From Bacteroidales bacterium (GTDB lineage: Bacteria > Bacteroidota > Bacteroidia > Bacteroidales > UBA12481): a stretch of DNA of 64,000 nucleotides. Positions 25,554 to 36,800 of the stretch are shown here, piece by piece; the stretch's first letter is position 1; every line of letters begins with the position of its first letter. The stretch is from assembly GCA_041658425.1 (NCBI GenBank), contig JBBAAF010000004.1, positions 3,171-67,170 on the forward strand, given 5' to 3'. A model generated the notes under the pieces. The model saw only the letters and a program-made list of their open reading frames with translations, ran no database searches and was not told the origin of the DNA. Made by a program: the position numbers and the translations under genes.

Positions 25554-26627
25554 ATGAAAATTCTTGATATAGTAAAACCCGGTGTAGTTACCGGAAAAGA
25601 TGTTCAAAAGATCTTTAGTATCGCCAAAGAAAATAGTTTTGCCGTTCCTGCTGTGAACGTGGTTGGCACCAATTCGGTTAATGCCGTTCTTGAAGCTGCA
25701 CGCGCTGCCAAAGGACCTGTAATTATACAGTTCTCAAATGGAGGTGCATCATTCTGGGCCGGCAAGGGATTGTCGAATGATAAACAGGAAGCCGCGATTC
25801 TAGGGGGCATCTCCGGGGCTCGCCATATTCATACAGTTGGCGAAGCTTACGGTGTTCCGGTCATCCTTCACACCGACCATGCCGCAAAAAAACTGCTTCC
25901 CTGGATCGACGGCCTGCTGGATCAGGGTGAGAAACATTTCCAGCGTCACGGAAAACCTCTGTATAGCTCGCATATGCTTGATCTGTCTGAAGAAACGCTG
26001 GCCGAAAATATTGAAATTTGCAAACGATACCTCGGTCGCATGAGTAAAATGGGCATGACCCTCGAAATTGAACTTGGGGTAACAGGCGGTGAGGAAGACG
26101 GTATTGATAATACCGGATTAGATAATTCTCTATTATACACACAGCCTGAACATGTAGCCTTTGCTTATGCCGAACTTTCAAAAATCAGCGACCAGTTCAC
26201 CATCGCCGCATCATTTGGAAACGTTCATGGTGTATACAAACCAGGTAATGTAAAACTGCATCCGGCAATTCTGAAGAATTCGCAGGACTATATTGAAAAG
26301 AACCTGAAGACCGGATCCAAACCGGTTAATTTCGTCTTCCACGGCGGCTCCGGATCGACACAGCAAGAAATCCGCGAGGCTATTTCCTATGGAGTCATCA
26401 AAATGAATATTGATACAGATACCCAATGGGCCTATTGGATCGGCATCAGGGAATACTATGAAAAGAATAAGGGATATCTGCAGACTCAGATTGGTAACCC
26501 TGAAGGAGCAGATAAACCCAATAAGAAAAAATATGATCCGCGCATAGTACTCCGTGAAGGTGAAAAAACCTTGATTGCCAGATTGCAACAAGCTTTTGAG
26601 GATCTGAACTGTATCGATCGGCTGTAA
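25554..26627 (+). CDS. fba: Class II fructose-bisphosphate aldolase
   Basis: 357 aa with FAVPAVNVVGTNS, ILHTDHA, MLDLSEE, HGVYKPGNVKL and FHGGSGS motifs of class IIa FBA. Confidence 0.9.
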   Translation: MKILDIVKPGVVTGKDVQKIFSIAKENSFAVPAVNVVGTNSVNAVLEAARAAKGPVIIQFSNGGASFWAGKGLSNDKQEAAILGGISGARHIHTVGEAYGVPVILHTDHAAKKLLPWIDGLLDQGEKHFQRHGKPLYSSHMLDLSEETLAENIEICKRYLGRMSKMGMTLEIELGVTGGEEDGIDNTGLDNSLLYTQPEHVAFAYAELSKISDQFTIAASFGNVHGVYKPGNVKLHPAILKNSQDYIEKNLKTGSKPVNFVFHGGSGSTQQEIREAISYGVIKMNIDTDTQWAYWIGIREYYEKNKGYLQTQIGNPEGADKPNKKKYDPRIVLREGEKTLIARLQQAFEDLNCIDRL

Positions 26628-26715
26628 TTTTTACGGATATTTCCCTGAAAAAATAGCCGGGACATTTCCATTCTGGCAGACGAACTGCATCTAATACCGG
26701 TAAAAGGAGGTATAT

Positions 26716-27336
26716 GTGACCAAATTTTACCGGTATCTTTTTACCAGGTCGGAATTGAGGGGAGTCCTGATTCTAAGTTTCGGAGTTATCCTGATCCGGG
26801 TTCTTGCCTATTCGATCAGTCCGATGGTAAGTGATTCCTTTGGTGATACATTAGCAATTGCCGTGGTGGATTCAACCGGGCAGGCCCGCAAGAAGCCGAA
26901 AATAATTGAGATAAATTCGGCCGATAGCCTTGCCCTGCTCGACCTGCCCGGGATCGGACCGGTTTTTGCCAAACGGATTATCAAGTACCGTCAAATGCTT
27001 GGTGGTTTTGCGTATCCCGAACAACTGAAAGAAGTATATGGTATGGATTCGGCCCGGCTGTCCGGTTTTATTAAACAGATCAGGATTGATACTTCAGGGA
27101 TCCGCAAGATGGATATAAACAAGGCAACATTTAAAGAACTACTGGCTCATCCCTATCTGGAATATGAACAGGTTAAGGCGATTGCAAGATTCCGCGACAA
27201 GAAAGGATTGCTTGGATCGCCTGGGGAACTATGGGCAGCAGGTGTTTTGGCTGACTCACTTTGGAGTTGTTTGTCCCATTACCTGATTGTTGTGACAGAT
27301 TCTGCTTTAATAGAAAATAAGATTTTGGTTAAATGA
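26716..27336 (+). CDS. comEA: ComEA-family helix-hairpin-helix DNA-binding protein
   Basis: N-terminal TM segment and two HhH units (LDLPGIGPVFAKRIIKYR; INKATFKELLAHPYL). GTG start. Confidence 0.65.
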   Translation: MTKFYRYLFTRSELRGVLILSFGVILIRVLAYSISPMVSDSFGDTLAIAVVDSTGQARKKPKIIEINSADSLALLDLPGIGPVFAKRIIKYRQMLGGFAYPEQLKEVYGMDSARLSGFIKQIRIDTSGIRKMDINKATFKELLAHPYLEYEQVKAIARFRDKKGLLGSPGELWAAGVLADSLWSCLSHYLIVVTDSALIENKILVK

Positions 27337-27399
27337 AGATTTTTGTTTTCCTTTGCAGTCCAAATTTCGGTTAACTGAACGCATTAAAAGAATTAACGT

Positions 27400-27597
27400 A
27401 TGATCATTATTCCGGTAAAAGAAGGTGAGAACATTGAAAGGGCTCTCAAAAAATTCAAACGTAAATTTGAAAAAACCGGCGTGGTAAAAGAATTAAGAGC
27501 ACGTCAGGCTTTCACTAAACCTTCGATCAAACGGCGTCAGGAGTTGCTCCGTGCTGCCTATGTGCAGGGTCTGCAGCAGGCAGAAGCGAACGAATAA
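27400..27597 (+). CDS. rpsU: 30S ribosomal protein S21
   Basis: 65 aa; EGENIERALKKFKRKFEKTGVVKELRARQAFTKPSIKRR is canonical bS21. Confidence 0.95.
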   Translation: MIIIPVKEGENIERALKKFKRKFEKTGVVKELRARQAFTKPSIKRRQELLRAAYVQGLQQAEANE

Positions 27598-27669
27598 ACT
27601 TATCCGCCTTTATTCGATCCGCAACAATCTTTACAAATTATTGTTATATTTATGTAAAGATTCCGGATC

Positions 27670-28560
27670 ATGATGGATGCTGTTGATTTGTTCCTCAGGT
27701 TTCTTCACACTGAAAAACGATATTCCCCGTATACTTTGCAATCATATAAAACTGATTTGTTGCAGTTTAGCCGTTTCATAGGGGAATGTGGTTCAGGTGA
27801 TTCAATTACTTTATGCAGTACCAGGCAAATCCGGAGTTGGGTAATCTCGATGCTCGACGATGGTATGGCCGCAAGGTCGGTTAACCGGAAAACAACCACT
27901 CTCCGAAGATTTTATCGTTTTTGCCAGCAGGAAGGTCTGGTTGTCAATAATCCCGCAGATTTCTTACCGTCAGTAAAAGCTCCTAAACCCTTGCCTGTTT
28001 TCATGGAAGAAAGCCAGATGGACTCAATACTCGATAGAGCAACTGTTCCTATAGAGTTCCCGGAGATCAGGGATTTGCTGATTCTGGAATTATTGTATGG
28101 AACAGGGATGCGGCTTAGTGAACTGACCGGATTGAAGGATAAGGATATTGACTCCAGTCGTATTCAGATAAAAGTTTTTGGTAAGAGACAGAAGGAAAGG
28201 ATTATTCCCGTAACCCCGGAGCTGGTCGGGCTGATCAACGAATATAAAACGGTTCGGAATCGTACCTTTAACGCTATAGAGGGTGGAACGCTTATTCTGA
28301 CTGATAAAGGGCATCCGGTTTATGCCAAACTGGTTTACCGGGTTGTCAACCAGGCTTTAGGGATGGTTACCAGTGCAGGGAGGAGAAGCCCTCATGTACT
28401 GCGGCATACTTACGCAACCCATCTCCTGAACAGGGGTGCTGAATTGAATGCTATAAAGGAACTTTTAGGACATGCAAGCCTGAGTGCTACTCAGGTTTAT
28501 ACGCATACGGGTTTTGAAAAGCTGAAACAAGTTTACCAAAAGGCTCATCCAAGAGCCTGA
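27670..28560 (+). CDS. xerC: Tyrosine recombinase XerC/XerD family
   Basis: 296 aa with an SAM-like N-domain and the catalytic R..HxLRHxxATHLL..Y pattern (HVLRHTYATHLL, GHASLSATQVYTH). It sits in the conserved rpsU-xerC-hpf context. Confidence 0.7.
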   Translation: MMDAVDLFLRFLHTEKRYSPYTLQSYKTDLLQFSRFIGECGSGDSITLCSTRQIRSWVISMLDDGMAARSVNRKTTTLRRFYRFCQQEGLVVNNPADFLPSVKAPKPLPVFMEESQMDSILDRATVPIEFPEIRDLLILELLYGTGMRLSELTGLKDKDIDSSRIQIKVFGKRQKERIIPVTPELVGLINEYKTVRNRTFNAIEGGTLILTDKGHPVYAKLVYRVVNQALGMVTSAGRRSPHVLRHTYATHLLNRGAELNAIKELLGHASLSATQVYTHTGFEKLKQVYQKAHPRA

Positions 28561-28587
28561 TCACTAAAATTTTAGGAGAAATTATTT

Positions 28588-28887
28588 ATGACTATTAAAA
28601 TTCAATCCGTGCATTTCGATGCTGACCAGAAACTTCTGGATTTTATCGAAGAAAAAGTCAACAGACTAAGTCTGTTTGAAGACTCAATACTGGGAGCAGA
28701 AGTGATCCTTCGTTTGGACAAGAATCAGAATTCCGAAAATAAACTCAGCGAGATCCGGCTCATCATTTCAGGATCCGATTTGTTTGCCAAGAAACAATGT
28801 AAATCCTTTGAGGAAGCTATTGATCAGACTATTGAAGCTCTGAAACGTCAGCTATTCAGACAAAAAGGTAAAAAAACCAGCAGATAG
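28588..28887 (+). CDS. hpf: Ribosome hibernation factor HPF/RaiA (short form)
   Basis: 99 aa; QSVHFDADQKLLDFIEEKVNRL and a C-terminal basic tail are typical of the sigma-54 modulation / S30EA family. Confidence 0.8.
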   Translation: MTIKIQSVHFDADQKLLDFIEEKVNRLSLFEDSILGAEVILRLDKNQNSENKLSEIRLIISGSDLFAKKQCKSFEEAIDQTIEALKRQLFRQKGKKTSR

Positions 28888-28929
28888 AAAAAAACTCTTG
28901 AAAAGTTTTGATGTCTGATTTCTATGTAC

Positions 28930-28937
28930 TACATTTG
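28930..28937 (+). promoter_or_regulatory. Candidate -7 promoter box TACATTTG for the tRNA-tuf cluster
   Basis: Exact TAnnTTTG match, 59 nt upstream of the first tRNA. Confidence 0.35.
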
Positions 28938-28995
28938 CAGACCCAAAACTGGCAATGGGAGAGTTCTTTTATTTTTTGCTTTTTTAGACTGAATT

Positions 28996-29070
28996 TGCCA
29001 ATGTAGCTCAGTTGGCCAGAGCAGCTGATTTGTAATCAGCTGGTCGGGGGTTCGAATCCCTCCATTGGCT
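28996..29070 (+). tRNA. tRNA-Thr (anticodon UGU)
   Basis: Acceptor GCCAATG/CATTGGC, D-arm GCTC..GAGC, anticodon loop TTTGTAA, T-loop GGTTCGAATCC. Folded by hand. Confidence 0.85.
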
Positions 29071-29103
29071 CGAATTTAGTCCAAATATTGGATATTAAGA
29101 TTT

Positions 29104-29186
29104 GGGGAGATACCAAAGTGGCCAACTGGGGCAGACTGTAAATCTGTTGGCTGACGCCTTCGGAGGTTCGAATCCTCCTCTCCCCA
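29104..29186 (+). tRNA. tRNA-Tyr (anticodon GUA), long variable arm
   Basis: Acceptor GGGGAGA/TCTCCCC, anticodon loop CTGTAAA, extra arm, T-arm GGAGGTTCGAATCCTCC. Confidence 0.85.
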
Positions 29187-29194
29187 CAAGTGCG

Positions 29195-29266
29195 GCGGGA
29201 ATAGCTCAGCGGTAGAGCATTAGCCTTCCAAGCTAAGGGTCGCGGGTTCGAATCTCGTTTCCCGCT
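29195..29266 (+). tRNA. tRNA-Gly (anticodon UCC)
   Basis: Acceptor GCGGGAA/TTCCCGC, anticodon loop CTTCCAA, T-loop GGTTCGAATC. Confidence 0.85.
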
Positions 29267-29276
29267 CAGGAAATTT

Positions 29277-29349
<73 letters not shown>

Positions 29350-29406
29350 CAAATGTTTAAGATGTAATCATTATATAGTTAAATAAACGGAACAAAAAAA
29401 GTAGCC

Positions 29407-30591
29407 ATGGCTAAGGAAAAATTTGCAAGGACAAAACCTCACGTCAATATCGGTACAATCGGCCACGTTGACCACGGTAAAACTACCTTGACTTCTGCCA
29501 TTACGATGGCCCTGAACAAGAAGGGGCTTGCAGATGTTAAGAGTTTTGATTCAATTGATAACGCTCCTGAGGAAAAGGAGAGGGGTATTACAATTAATAC
29601 CGCCCACGTTGAGTATCAGACGGTAAAACGCCACTATGCTCACGTAGACTGTCCGGGCCATGCTGACTATGTGAAAAACATGGTTACTGGTGCAGCTCAG
29701 ATGGACGGTGCAATTCTGGTGGTAGCAGGTACCGATGGTCCTATGCCTCAGACTCGTGAACATATCTTGCTGGCTCGCCAGGTTAACGTTCCGAGAATTG
29801 TTGTATTCATCAATAAGTGCGACAGCGTTGACGATCCTGAACTGTTGGAATTGGTAGAAATGGAAATCCGCGAACTTCTTACATTCTATAAGTTTGACGG
29901 TGAAAATACCCCGGTAATCTTCGGATCTGCTCTCGGAGCTATGCATGAAGAACCTCAATGGGTTCAGAAAGTATATGATCTGATGGACGCCGTTGATACC
30001 TGGATTGAAATACCTCCGCGGGCAATTGACAAACCATTCCTGATGCCGGTTGAAGACGTTTTTTCGATCACCGGACGTGGAACAGTTGCAACCGGTAGGA
30101 TTGAAACCGGTATCGTTAACACAGGTGATGAAATCCAGATTGTCGGCCTCGGTGAAGGACGGAAAGCAATTGTAACCGGTGTTGAAATGTTCCGCAAGAT
30201 TCTTGATCGCGGTGAAGCTGGGGATAACGTTGGTTTACTGCTTCGCGGTGTTGATAAAGAAGAAGTTCGTCGTGGACAGGTTATTGCAAAACCAGGTTCG
30301 ATTACTCCTCATACAAAAGTAAAAGCTGAGGTTTATATCCTGAAAAAAGAAGAAGGCGGTCGTCATACTCCTTTCCATAACAAATATCGTCCGCAGTTCT
30401 ATATCAGGACTCTCGACGTTACCGGTGAGATTATTCTTCCCGAAGGAACTGAGATGGTTATGCCTGGTGACAACCTGACGATTACCATTCACCTGATTAC
30501 TCCGGTGGCTATCGATCGTGGTCTTCGCTTCGCAATCCGCGAAGGAGGCCGTACAGTTGGTGCCGGCCAGGTGGTTGAAATTATTGAATAG
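29407..30591 (+). CDS. tuf: Elongation factor Tu
   Basis: 394 aa with [17 protein letters not shown] and NKCD G-motifs; near-canonical EF-Tu throughout. Confidence 0.98.
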   Translation: MAKEKFARTKPHVNIGTIGHVDHGKTTLTSAITMALNKKGLADVKSFDSIDNAPEEKERGITINTAHVEYQTVKRHYAHVDCPGHADYVKNMVTGAAQMDGAILVVAGTDGPMPQTREHILLARQVNVPRIVVFINKCDSVDDPELLELVEMEIRELLTFYKFDGENTPVIFGSALGAMHEEPQWVQKVYDLMDAVDTWIEIPPRAIDKPFLMPVEDVFSITGRGTVATGRIETGIVNTGDEIQIVGLGEGRKAIVTGVEMFRKILDRGEAGDNVGLLLRGVDKEEVRRGQVIAKPGSITPHTKVKAEVYILKKEEGGRHTPFHNKYRPQFYIRTLDVTGEIILPEGTEMVMPGDNLTITIHLITPVAIDRGLRFAIREGGRTVGAGQVVEIIE

Positions 30592-30610
30592 TATATATTT
30601 TTTGAAGGGT

Positions 30611-30631
30611 GATCCGGTGAATAGCCGGATC
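30611..30631 (+). terminator. Weak hairpin after tuf (GATCCGG-N7-CCGGATC), possible terminator or processing site
   Basis: A 7-bp perfect stem followed by ATCTTTATC; the U-tract is poor. Confidence 0.3.
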
Positions 30632-30642
30632 ATCTTTATCAT

Positions 30643-30715
30643 ACGGATGTAGCTCAATTGGTAGAGCAGCGGTCTCCAAAACCGCAGGTTGGGAGTTCGA
30701 GTCTCTCCATCCGTG
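30643..30715 (+). tRNA. tRNA-Trp (anticodon CCA)
   Basis: Acceptor ACGGATG/CATCCGT with discriminator G, anticodon stem GCGGT/ACCGC with loop CTCCAAA, T-loop AGTTCGAGTCT. Confidence 0.85.
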
Positions 30716-30730
30716 CCTAGTGCTTAAGCA

Positions 30731-30922
30731 ATGAAAGTCAAGACCTATTTTAAAGAATCGTACGACGAGTTAGTTCATAAGGTATCATGGCCGACATGGC
30801 CGGAATTGCAAAATTCTGCTATTGTTGTCCTGGTTGCTTCTCTGATTATTGCTCTCGTTGTATTGGTGATGGATTTTTCGTTCAGAAACGTGATGCATGG
30901 CATTTACAACATGTTTTTTTAA
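30731..30922 (+). CDS. secE: Preprotein translocase subunit SecE
   Basis: 63 aa with a single C-terminal TM. The KVSWPTWPEL motif and its position between tRNA-Trp and nusG support the call. Confidence 0.9.
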   Translation: MKVKTYFKESYDELVHKVSWPTWPELQNSAIVVLVASLIIALVVLVMDFSFRNVMHGIYNMFF

Positions 30923-30934
30923 CCTGGGCGAACA

Positions 30935-31483
30935 ATGAGTCAGAACGAAAAAAAGTGGTATGTCCTGAGAGCGATTGGCGGTAAGGAGAAAAAGGTTAAA
31001 GAGTATATCGAAAGCGAAATAGCTCACCATAACCTGCAGGATTACATTACCCAGGTTCTGATCCCCACCGAAAAGATCTATCAGATCCGAAATGGTAAAA
31101 AAGTGTCCAAAGAGAGGAGCTATCTCCCCGGATACGTTTTGATCGAAGCGGTTCTGGTGGGTGAAGTACCCCACATTTTGAAAAACGTACCCAATGTTAT
31201 CGGTTTTTTGGGTGAAGAACGTGGAGGAGTACCTGTCCCGATGAGACAGTCGGAAGTCAACCGGATTTTAGGTAAGGTCGATGAATTGTCAGAAACCGAT
31301 GAGGAACTGAATGTTCCCTTCTTTGTTGGTGAAGCTGTTAAAGTGGTTGACGGACCGTTTAATAGTTTTTCCGGCGTTATTGAAGAAGTGAACAATGAAA
31401 AGAAAAAGCTGAAAGTTATCGTCAAGATTTTTGGACGAAAAACACCTTTGGAACTCAGTTTTATGCAGGTCGAAAAGGAATAG
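30935..31483 (+). CDS. nusG: Transcription termination/antitermination factor NusG
   Basis: [19 protein letters not shown] domain and a C-terminal KOW ([21 protein letters not shown]). Confidence 0.95.
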   Translation: MSQNEKKWYVLRAIGGKEKKVKEYIESEIAHHNLQDYITQVLIPTEKIYQIRNGKKVSKERSYLPGYVLIEAVLVGEVPHILKNVPNVIGFLGEERGGVPVPMRQSEVNRILGKVDELSETDEELNVPFFVGEAVKVVDGPFNSFSGVIEEVNNEKKKLKVIVKIFGRKTPLELSFMQVEKE

Positions 31484-31608
31484 GGATTTCAACTGGTTCT
31501 TGCTTCCAAAGAACCGGCTGAAAAAAATGCTTCCCCCTGTTTTGATCCTCCGTGGGAAGTTACTGCCGCGGAACCTGTACGAGTGTTTATAATAAATTTT
31601 GAAATCGT

Positions 31609-32046
31609 ATGGCAAAAGAAGTAACGGGAATCATCAAATTGCAGATCCGGGGCGGGGCAGCAAACCCCTCACCACCTGTCGGACCGGCGTTGGGTTCTAA
31701 AGGAGTCAATATAATGGACTTCTGCAAGCAATTCAATGCCCGTACTCAGGACAAAGCCGGAAAAATTATTCCCGTGGTGATAAAGGTTTTTAGCGACAAA
31801 TCATTTGAATTTGTTACAAAAACCCCGCCTGCAGCTGTTCAATTGATCGAAGTCTCCAAAATTAATAAGGGATCTTCGGAACCAAATCGTGTAAAAGTTG
31901 GTTCAGTAACTTGGGAACAGGTTCGTCAGATCGCTGAAGATAAAATGGAGGACTTAAATGCGTTCACTATTGAATCAGCAATGCAAATGATCGCAGGTAC
32001 AGCACGGAGCATGGGAATAACAATTAAAGGTGATGCAGCCTTATAA
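31609..32046 (+). CDS. rplK: 50S ribosomal protein L11
   Basis: [36 protein letters not shown] is canonical uL11. Confidence 0.97.
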   Translation: MAKEVTGIIKLQIRGGAANPSPPVGPALGSKGVNIMDFCKQFNARTQDKAGKIIPVVIKVFSDKSFEFVTKTPPAAVQLIEVSKINKGSSEPNRVKVGSVTWEQVRQIAEDKMEDLNAFTIESAMQMIAGTARSMGITIKGDAAL

Positions 32047-32059
32047 TTAAGGAGTTATC

Positions 32060-32755
32060 ATGGCTAAACTGACCAAGAACAGAAAACTCGTCCTCGGAAA
32101 AATCGAGGCCGAAAAATTGTATACCCTGACGGAAGCATCAGACCTGGTAAAACAGGTTTCCACCGCTAAGTTCAACGCTTCAGTGGATATTGATGTACGT
32201 CTCGGGGTTGATCCCAGGAAGGCCAATCAAATGGTCCGCGGTGTAGTCACCCTTCCGCATGGCACCGGTAAAGTAATTCGGGTTCTGGCACTTGTCACCC
32301 CCGATAAAGAAACCGAAGCTAAAGAGGCAGGAGCAGATTTTGTTGGTCTTGACGACTATGTCGAAAAGATTAAAGGAGGCTGGACTGACGTCGATGTGAT
32401 CATTACCATGCCTTCCTGCATGGCAAAAATCGGACCCCTCGGCCGAATTCTCGGTCCGCGCGGATTGATGCCGAACCCTAAAACCGGAACTGTTACAATG
32501 GAAGTCGGGAAAGCTATTACCGATGTAAAAAAAGGTAAGATCGACTTTCGTGTTGATAAATTCGGTATTGTTCATGCGGGTGTCGGGAAAGTTTCTTTTG
32601 AACCGGAAATGATTGCGGATAATGCCCGCGAACTTCTTTCAACTATTCTCAAACTGAAACCGTCCGCCGCTAAAGGTACCTACGTTAAAAGTATTTATAT
32701 GTCAAGTACCATGAGCCCTGGAATTCCGATTGACCCTAGGTCAATTGACGCTTAA
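32060..32755 (+). CDS. rplA: 50S ribosomal protein L1
   Basis: 231 aa; [24 protein letters not shown] and [16 protein letters not shown] are canonical uL1. Confidence 0.97.
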   Translation: MAKLTKNRKLVLGKIEAEKLYTLTEASDLVKQVSTAKFNASVDIDVRLGVDPRKANQMVRGVVTLPHGTGKVIRVLALVTPDKETEAKEAGADFVGLDDYVEKIKGGWTDVDVIITMPSCMAKIGPLGRILGPRGLMPNPKTGTVTMEVGKAITDVKKGKIDFRVDKFGIVHAGVGKVSFEPEMIADNARELLSTILKLKPSAAKGTYVKSIYMSSTMSPGIPIDPRSIDA

Positions 32756-32781
32756 TACCCTAAAATGATAATTTTCAAATC

Positions 32782-33303
32782 ATGAAACGGGAAGACAAAA
32801 ACGTCATAGTTGATCAGCTCACCGCAGAAATTAATCAGGCAAAACATTTCTATATTGCCGATATTGGTGGACTGAACGCAAGTGAAACAATTGCTTTAAG
32901 GAGAGTCTGTTTTAAAGAAGATGTGAAATTGCTGGTGGTGAAAAACACCCTCCTGCATAAAGCATTGGAACGTGCCGATGGGCATTATGAGGAATTATAC
33001 CCGGTACTTAACGGACCTACGTCCATTATGATTACTGATACCGGGAATAAGCCGGCTAAAATGATCAAAAGCTTCCGCAAGAAGCATAAGAAGCCGGAAC
33101 TCAAAGGTGCCTATGTTGAAGAATGTGTCTATGTTGGAGATAACCTCATCGACAAATTAATTGCCGTTAAGAGCCGTCAGGAACTACTTGCTGACTTGAT
33201 TGCAACACTGCAATCACCGATGAACAATGTAATGTCATCGCTCCAATCCGGAAAACATATTTTGGCAGGTCTTGTTAAGACACTGTCTGATAAAGAAGTA
33301 TAA
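32782..33303 (+). CDS. rplJ: 50S ribosomal protein L10
   Basis: 173 aa, between rplA and rplL, with a uL10-like N-terminus (K..IVDQL...I......FYIADIGGLNA). Confidence 0.9.
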   Translation: MKREDKNVIVDQLTAEINQAKHFYIADIGGLNASETIALRRVCFKEDVKLLVVKNTLLHKALERADGHYEELYPVLNGPTSIMITDTGNKPAKMIKSFRKKHKKPELKGAYVEECVYVGDNLIDKLIAVKSRQELLADLIATLQSPMNNVMSSLQSGKHILAGLVKTLSDKEV

Positions 33304-33338
33304 TGTATTGTTGAATCCATTTGTAAAATCATAGTAAA

Positions 33339-33716
33339 ATGGCTGATTTAAAAAAGCTCGCTGAAGAACTGGTTAACCTAACCGTTAAGGACGTCAACGA
33401 ATTGGCTGGTATCCTTAAAAATGAATATGGCATTGAACCTGCTGCTGCTGCAGTTGCTTATGCCGGACCGGCTGCCTCGGAAGAAGGTCCGGTAGTTATG
33501 GAAAAAACAGAATTTGATGTTATTCTGAAAGCCCCGGGTGGTGCAAAACTGGCAGTTGTAAAACTGATTAAGGAACTCACCGGCCTCGGTCTGAAAGAAT
33601 CAAAAGAATTAGTTGATGCTGCTCCGAAAGCAGTTAAAGAAAAAGTGACAAAGGAAGAAGCAGAAGCTTTAAAATCACAACTTGTTGAAGCAGGAGCCGA
33701 AGTTGAAATTAAGTAA
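33339..33716 (+). CDS. rplL: 50S ribosomal protein L7/L12
   Basis: 125 aa with an Ala-rich hinge and C-terminal [24 protein letters not shown]...[18 protein letters not shown]. Confidence 0.97.
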   Translation: MADLKKLAEELVNLTVKDVNELAGILKNEYGIEPAAAAVAYAGPAASEEGPVVMEKTEFDVILKAPGGAKLAVVKLIKELTGLGLKESKELVDAAPKAVKEKVTKEEAEALKSQLVEAGAEVEIK

Positions 33717-33743
33717 GTACGGACTCTTCCATACTCGATTCTC

Positions 33744-33783
33744 AAGGTTTAGAATCCCGGCAATCGGGGTTCTAAACCTTTTT
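33744..33783 (+). terminator. Strong rplL-rpoB intergenic hairpin (attenuator/terminator)
   Basis: A 16-bp stem AAGGTTTAGAATCCCG / CGGGGTTCTAAACCTT with loop GCAAT, followed by TTT. A partial terminator at this position is known in E. coli. Confidence 0.7.
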
Positions 33784-33827
33784 GCTGTTGTTTCCAATAC
33801 CCGCTTTAATTAATTCTTCTTTGGTCG

Positions 33828-36800
33828 ATGGCACAAACAAGCACACAGCGAATCAATTTTGGTTCCACAAAAAGTCAGCTAAAATACCCTGATTTTCTGG
33901 AGGTTCAGGTAAAATCATTTACCGAATTTTTCCAACTGGAAACTACTCCAGAGCAAAGAAAAAATGAAGGCCTTTATAAGGTCTTCCAGGAAAATTTTCC
34001 AATTACCGATACAAGGAATAATTTCGTCCTGGAATTTCTGGGTTACTATATCGACCCTCCACGATACACAATTGAGGAGTGCATCGAGCGCGGCCTTACC
34101 TATAGCGTACCGCTAAAGGCCAAGCTTAAACTTTATTGCACCGACCCGGAACATGAGGATTTCGATATGGTTATCCAGGATGTATACCTGGGGACTGTAC
34201 CATACATGACCCGAAGGGGAACTTTTGTCATTAACGGTGCCGAACGTGTGGTAGTATCACAGTTGCACCGTTCTCCCGGAGTTTTCTTCGGACAAAGTAC
34301 GCATGCGAACGGCAGTAAACTCTATTCTGCCAGAGTAATCCCGTTCAGAGGCTCATGGATCGAATTCGCTACTGACATTAATAATGTTATGTATGCGTAC
34401 ATTGATCGTAAAAAGAAATTGCCGGTTACAACCCTGCTTAGGGCAATCGGCTTCGAGGGTGATCGCGATATTCTTGAAATATTTGACCTGGCTGACGAAA
34501 TCAAGGTTTCAAAAGCCGCCCTCAAAAAGGTTATCGGCAGAAAATTAGCTGCACGTGTGCTGAAATCGTGGATAGAAGATTTTGTGGATGAAGATACCGG
34601 TGAGGTTGTATCCATCGAACGTAATGAAATTATTGTAGACCGGGAAACCGTTCTTGATAATGATCATGTTGACGCAATCGTTGAATCAGGTGCCAAATCA
34701 ATCCTGCTCCATAAGGAAGATACCAACCTTTCAGATTTTGCAATAATCTATAATACTTTGCAAAAAGATCCCTGCAACTCTGAGAAGGAAGCCGTTATTC
34801 ATATTTACCGCCAACTCAGGAATGCTGACCCGCCGGATGACTCTACCGCAAGGGATGTTATCGATAAATTGTTCTTTTCCGATAAACGGTATGATCTTGG
34901 CGACGTAGGCCGCTACCGGATCAATAAGAAACTCGGGCTTGATATCGGAATGGATGTAAAGATCCTGACCAAACAAGATATCATCAGTATAATTAAATAC
35001 CTGATCCAGCTGATCAATTCAAAAGCTGATGTCGATGATATTGACCATCTGAGTAACCGCCGTGTTCGTACGGTTGGGGAACAGTTATACGCTCAGTTTG
35101 GCGTTGGTCTTGCACGAATGTCAAGAACAATCAGGGAAAGGATGAACGTCAGGGACAATGAGGTTTTTACCCCGATTGACCTGATCAATTCCAAAACCTT
35201 GTCCTCCGTGATTAATTCCTTCTTCGGAACAAATGCCCTCTCTCAATTTATGGATCAGACCAATCCTTTGGCCGAGATGACCCATAAAAGACGTATGTCA
35301 GCATTAGGACCGGGAGGTTTGTCGAGAGAACGTGCCGGTTTTGAGGTTCGTGACGTTCATTATACACATTACGGCCGCTTGTGTCCGATCGAAACCCCGG
35401 AAGGTCCGAACATCGGGCTGATCTCCTCTCTGTGTGTATATGCAAAGATTAACGAGCTCGGGTTTATCGAAACTCCTTACCGTAAGGTGAATTCCGGAGT
35501 TGTTGATCTTAGCAGTGATGGCCTTGTTTATCTGACAGCCGAAGAAGAGGAAGGTCAAATTATAGCTCAGGCCAATGCCCGTTTGAATGATGATGGCAAA
35601 TTCATCGATAATCGTATCAAATCAAGATTTGAAGGCGATTTTCCGATTGCCGCACCGGAAGATATTCATCTGATGGACGTGGCTCCTAACCAGATTGCCT
35701 CCATTGCCGCTTCACTGATTCCCTTCCTGGAACATGACGATGCCAACCGCGCCCTTATGGGATCCAACATGATGAGGCAGGCTGTTCCACTCGTTAATCC
35801 GGAGACACCAATAGTTGGAACCGGAATTGAAGGGGATGTAATTCAGGACAGCCGTATTCATTTTACTGCTGAAGAAGATGGTGTAGTGGAATATGCTGAC
35901 GCCGAGCGCATCGTGGTTAAATACGATCGTGATGAATATCAGAAGTTTGTGAGGTTTGACAATGAGGTTAAAACTTATATCCTTCCAAAATTCAATAAAA
36001 CCAATCAGAATACTACCATCAACCTGAAACCGGTCGTACGTAAAGGAGACCGCGTGGTCAAAGATCAGATCCTGACCGAAGGTTATTCAACAAAAGGTGG
36101 TGAGCTGGCTCTCGGACGAAATCTTAAAGTTGCTTTCATGCCCTGGAAAGGGTACAACTTTGAAGATGCTATCGTGATTTCTGAAAGGGTAGTTCGTGAA
36201 GATCTATTCAGTTCAGTGCACATCGATGAGTACCTTTTGGAAGTACGTGATACCAAGAGGGGTTTGGAAGAACTGACCGCTGATATACCAAACGTTAGCG
36301 AAGAAGCTACCCGTAACCTCGATGAAAATGGATTGATCCGGGTGGGCGCTGAAGTCAGGCCGGGCGATATTCTGATCGGAAAAATCACCCCAAAAGGTGA
36401 ATCCGATCCATCACCGGAAGAAAAACTGCTCCGTGCAATTTTCGGAGACAAGGCCGGTGACGTTAAGGATGCAAGCTTGAAAGCAGGCCCATCGCTTAAT
36501 GGTATCGTGATAGATAAAAAACTCTTTTCGAAGAGTATGAAGGACCGGAAGATCCGCGCTGCTGAAAAGACCCTGATTGATAAATTCGAACAGGAATTCA
36601 AACGGCAGGTGGATGACCTTTCAAATATCCTGGTTGATAAACTGTTTACCCTCATCAATGGAAAAGCTTCTCAGGGAGTGAAAAACTACCTGAATGAGGA
36701 TATTGTATCCAAGGGAACCAAGTTTTCGTTAAGAATTCTTCAGGGTATTGCTTTTCTCCAGGTTAATCCCAATAAGTGGACTACGGACAAGGATAAGAAT

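Noticed and set aside
27621-27660. Inverted repeats AACAAT-N11-ATTGTT and ATCTTTACA-N17-TGTAAAGAT after rpsU as a regulatory switch
   Set aside because: The stems are AT-rich and mutually exclusive with long loops and no U-tract. This could be a weak terminator but is not distinguishable from chance in AT-rich spacer.
27670-28560. Tyrosine recombinase next to a tRNA cluster as a sign of an integrated mobile element
   Set aside because: The rpsU-xerC-hpf-tRNA-tuf order is a conserved core arrangement in Bacteroidota as I recall it. Flanking genes are all housekeeping and I saw no direct repeats of tRNA 3' ends.
31495-31530. Hairpin CTGGTTCTT-N6-AAGAACCGG in the 125-nt nusG-rplK spacer as a terminator or L1-binding leader
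   Set aside because: It is followed by an A-run rather than a U-tract on the coding strand. I cannot demonstrate the 23S-like L1 binding mimic by eye. It is left as an unassigned leader structure.
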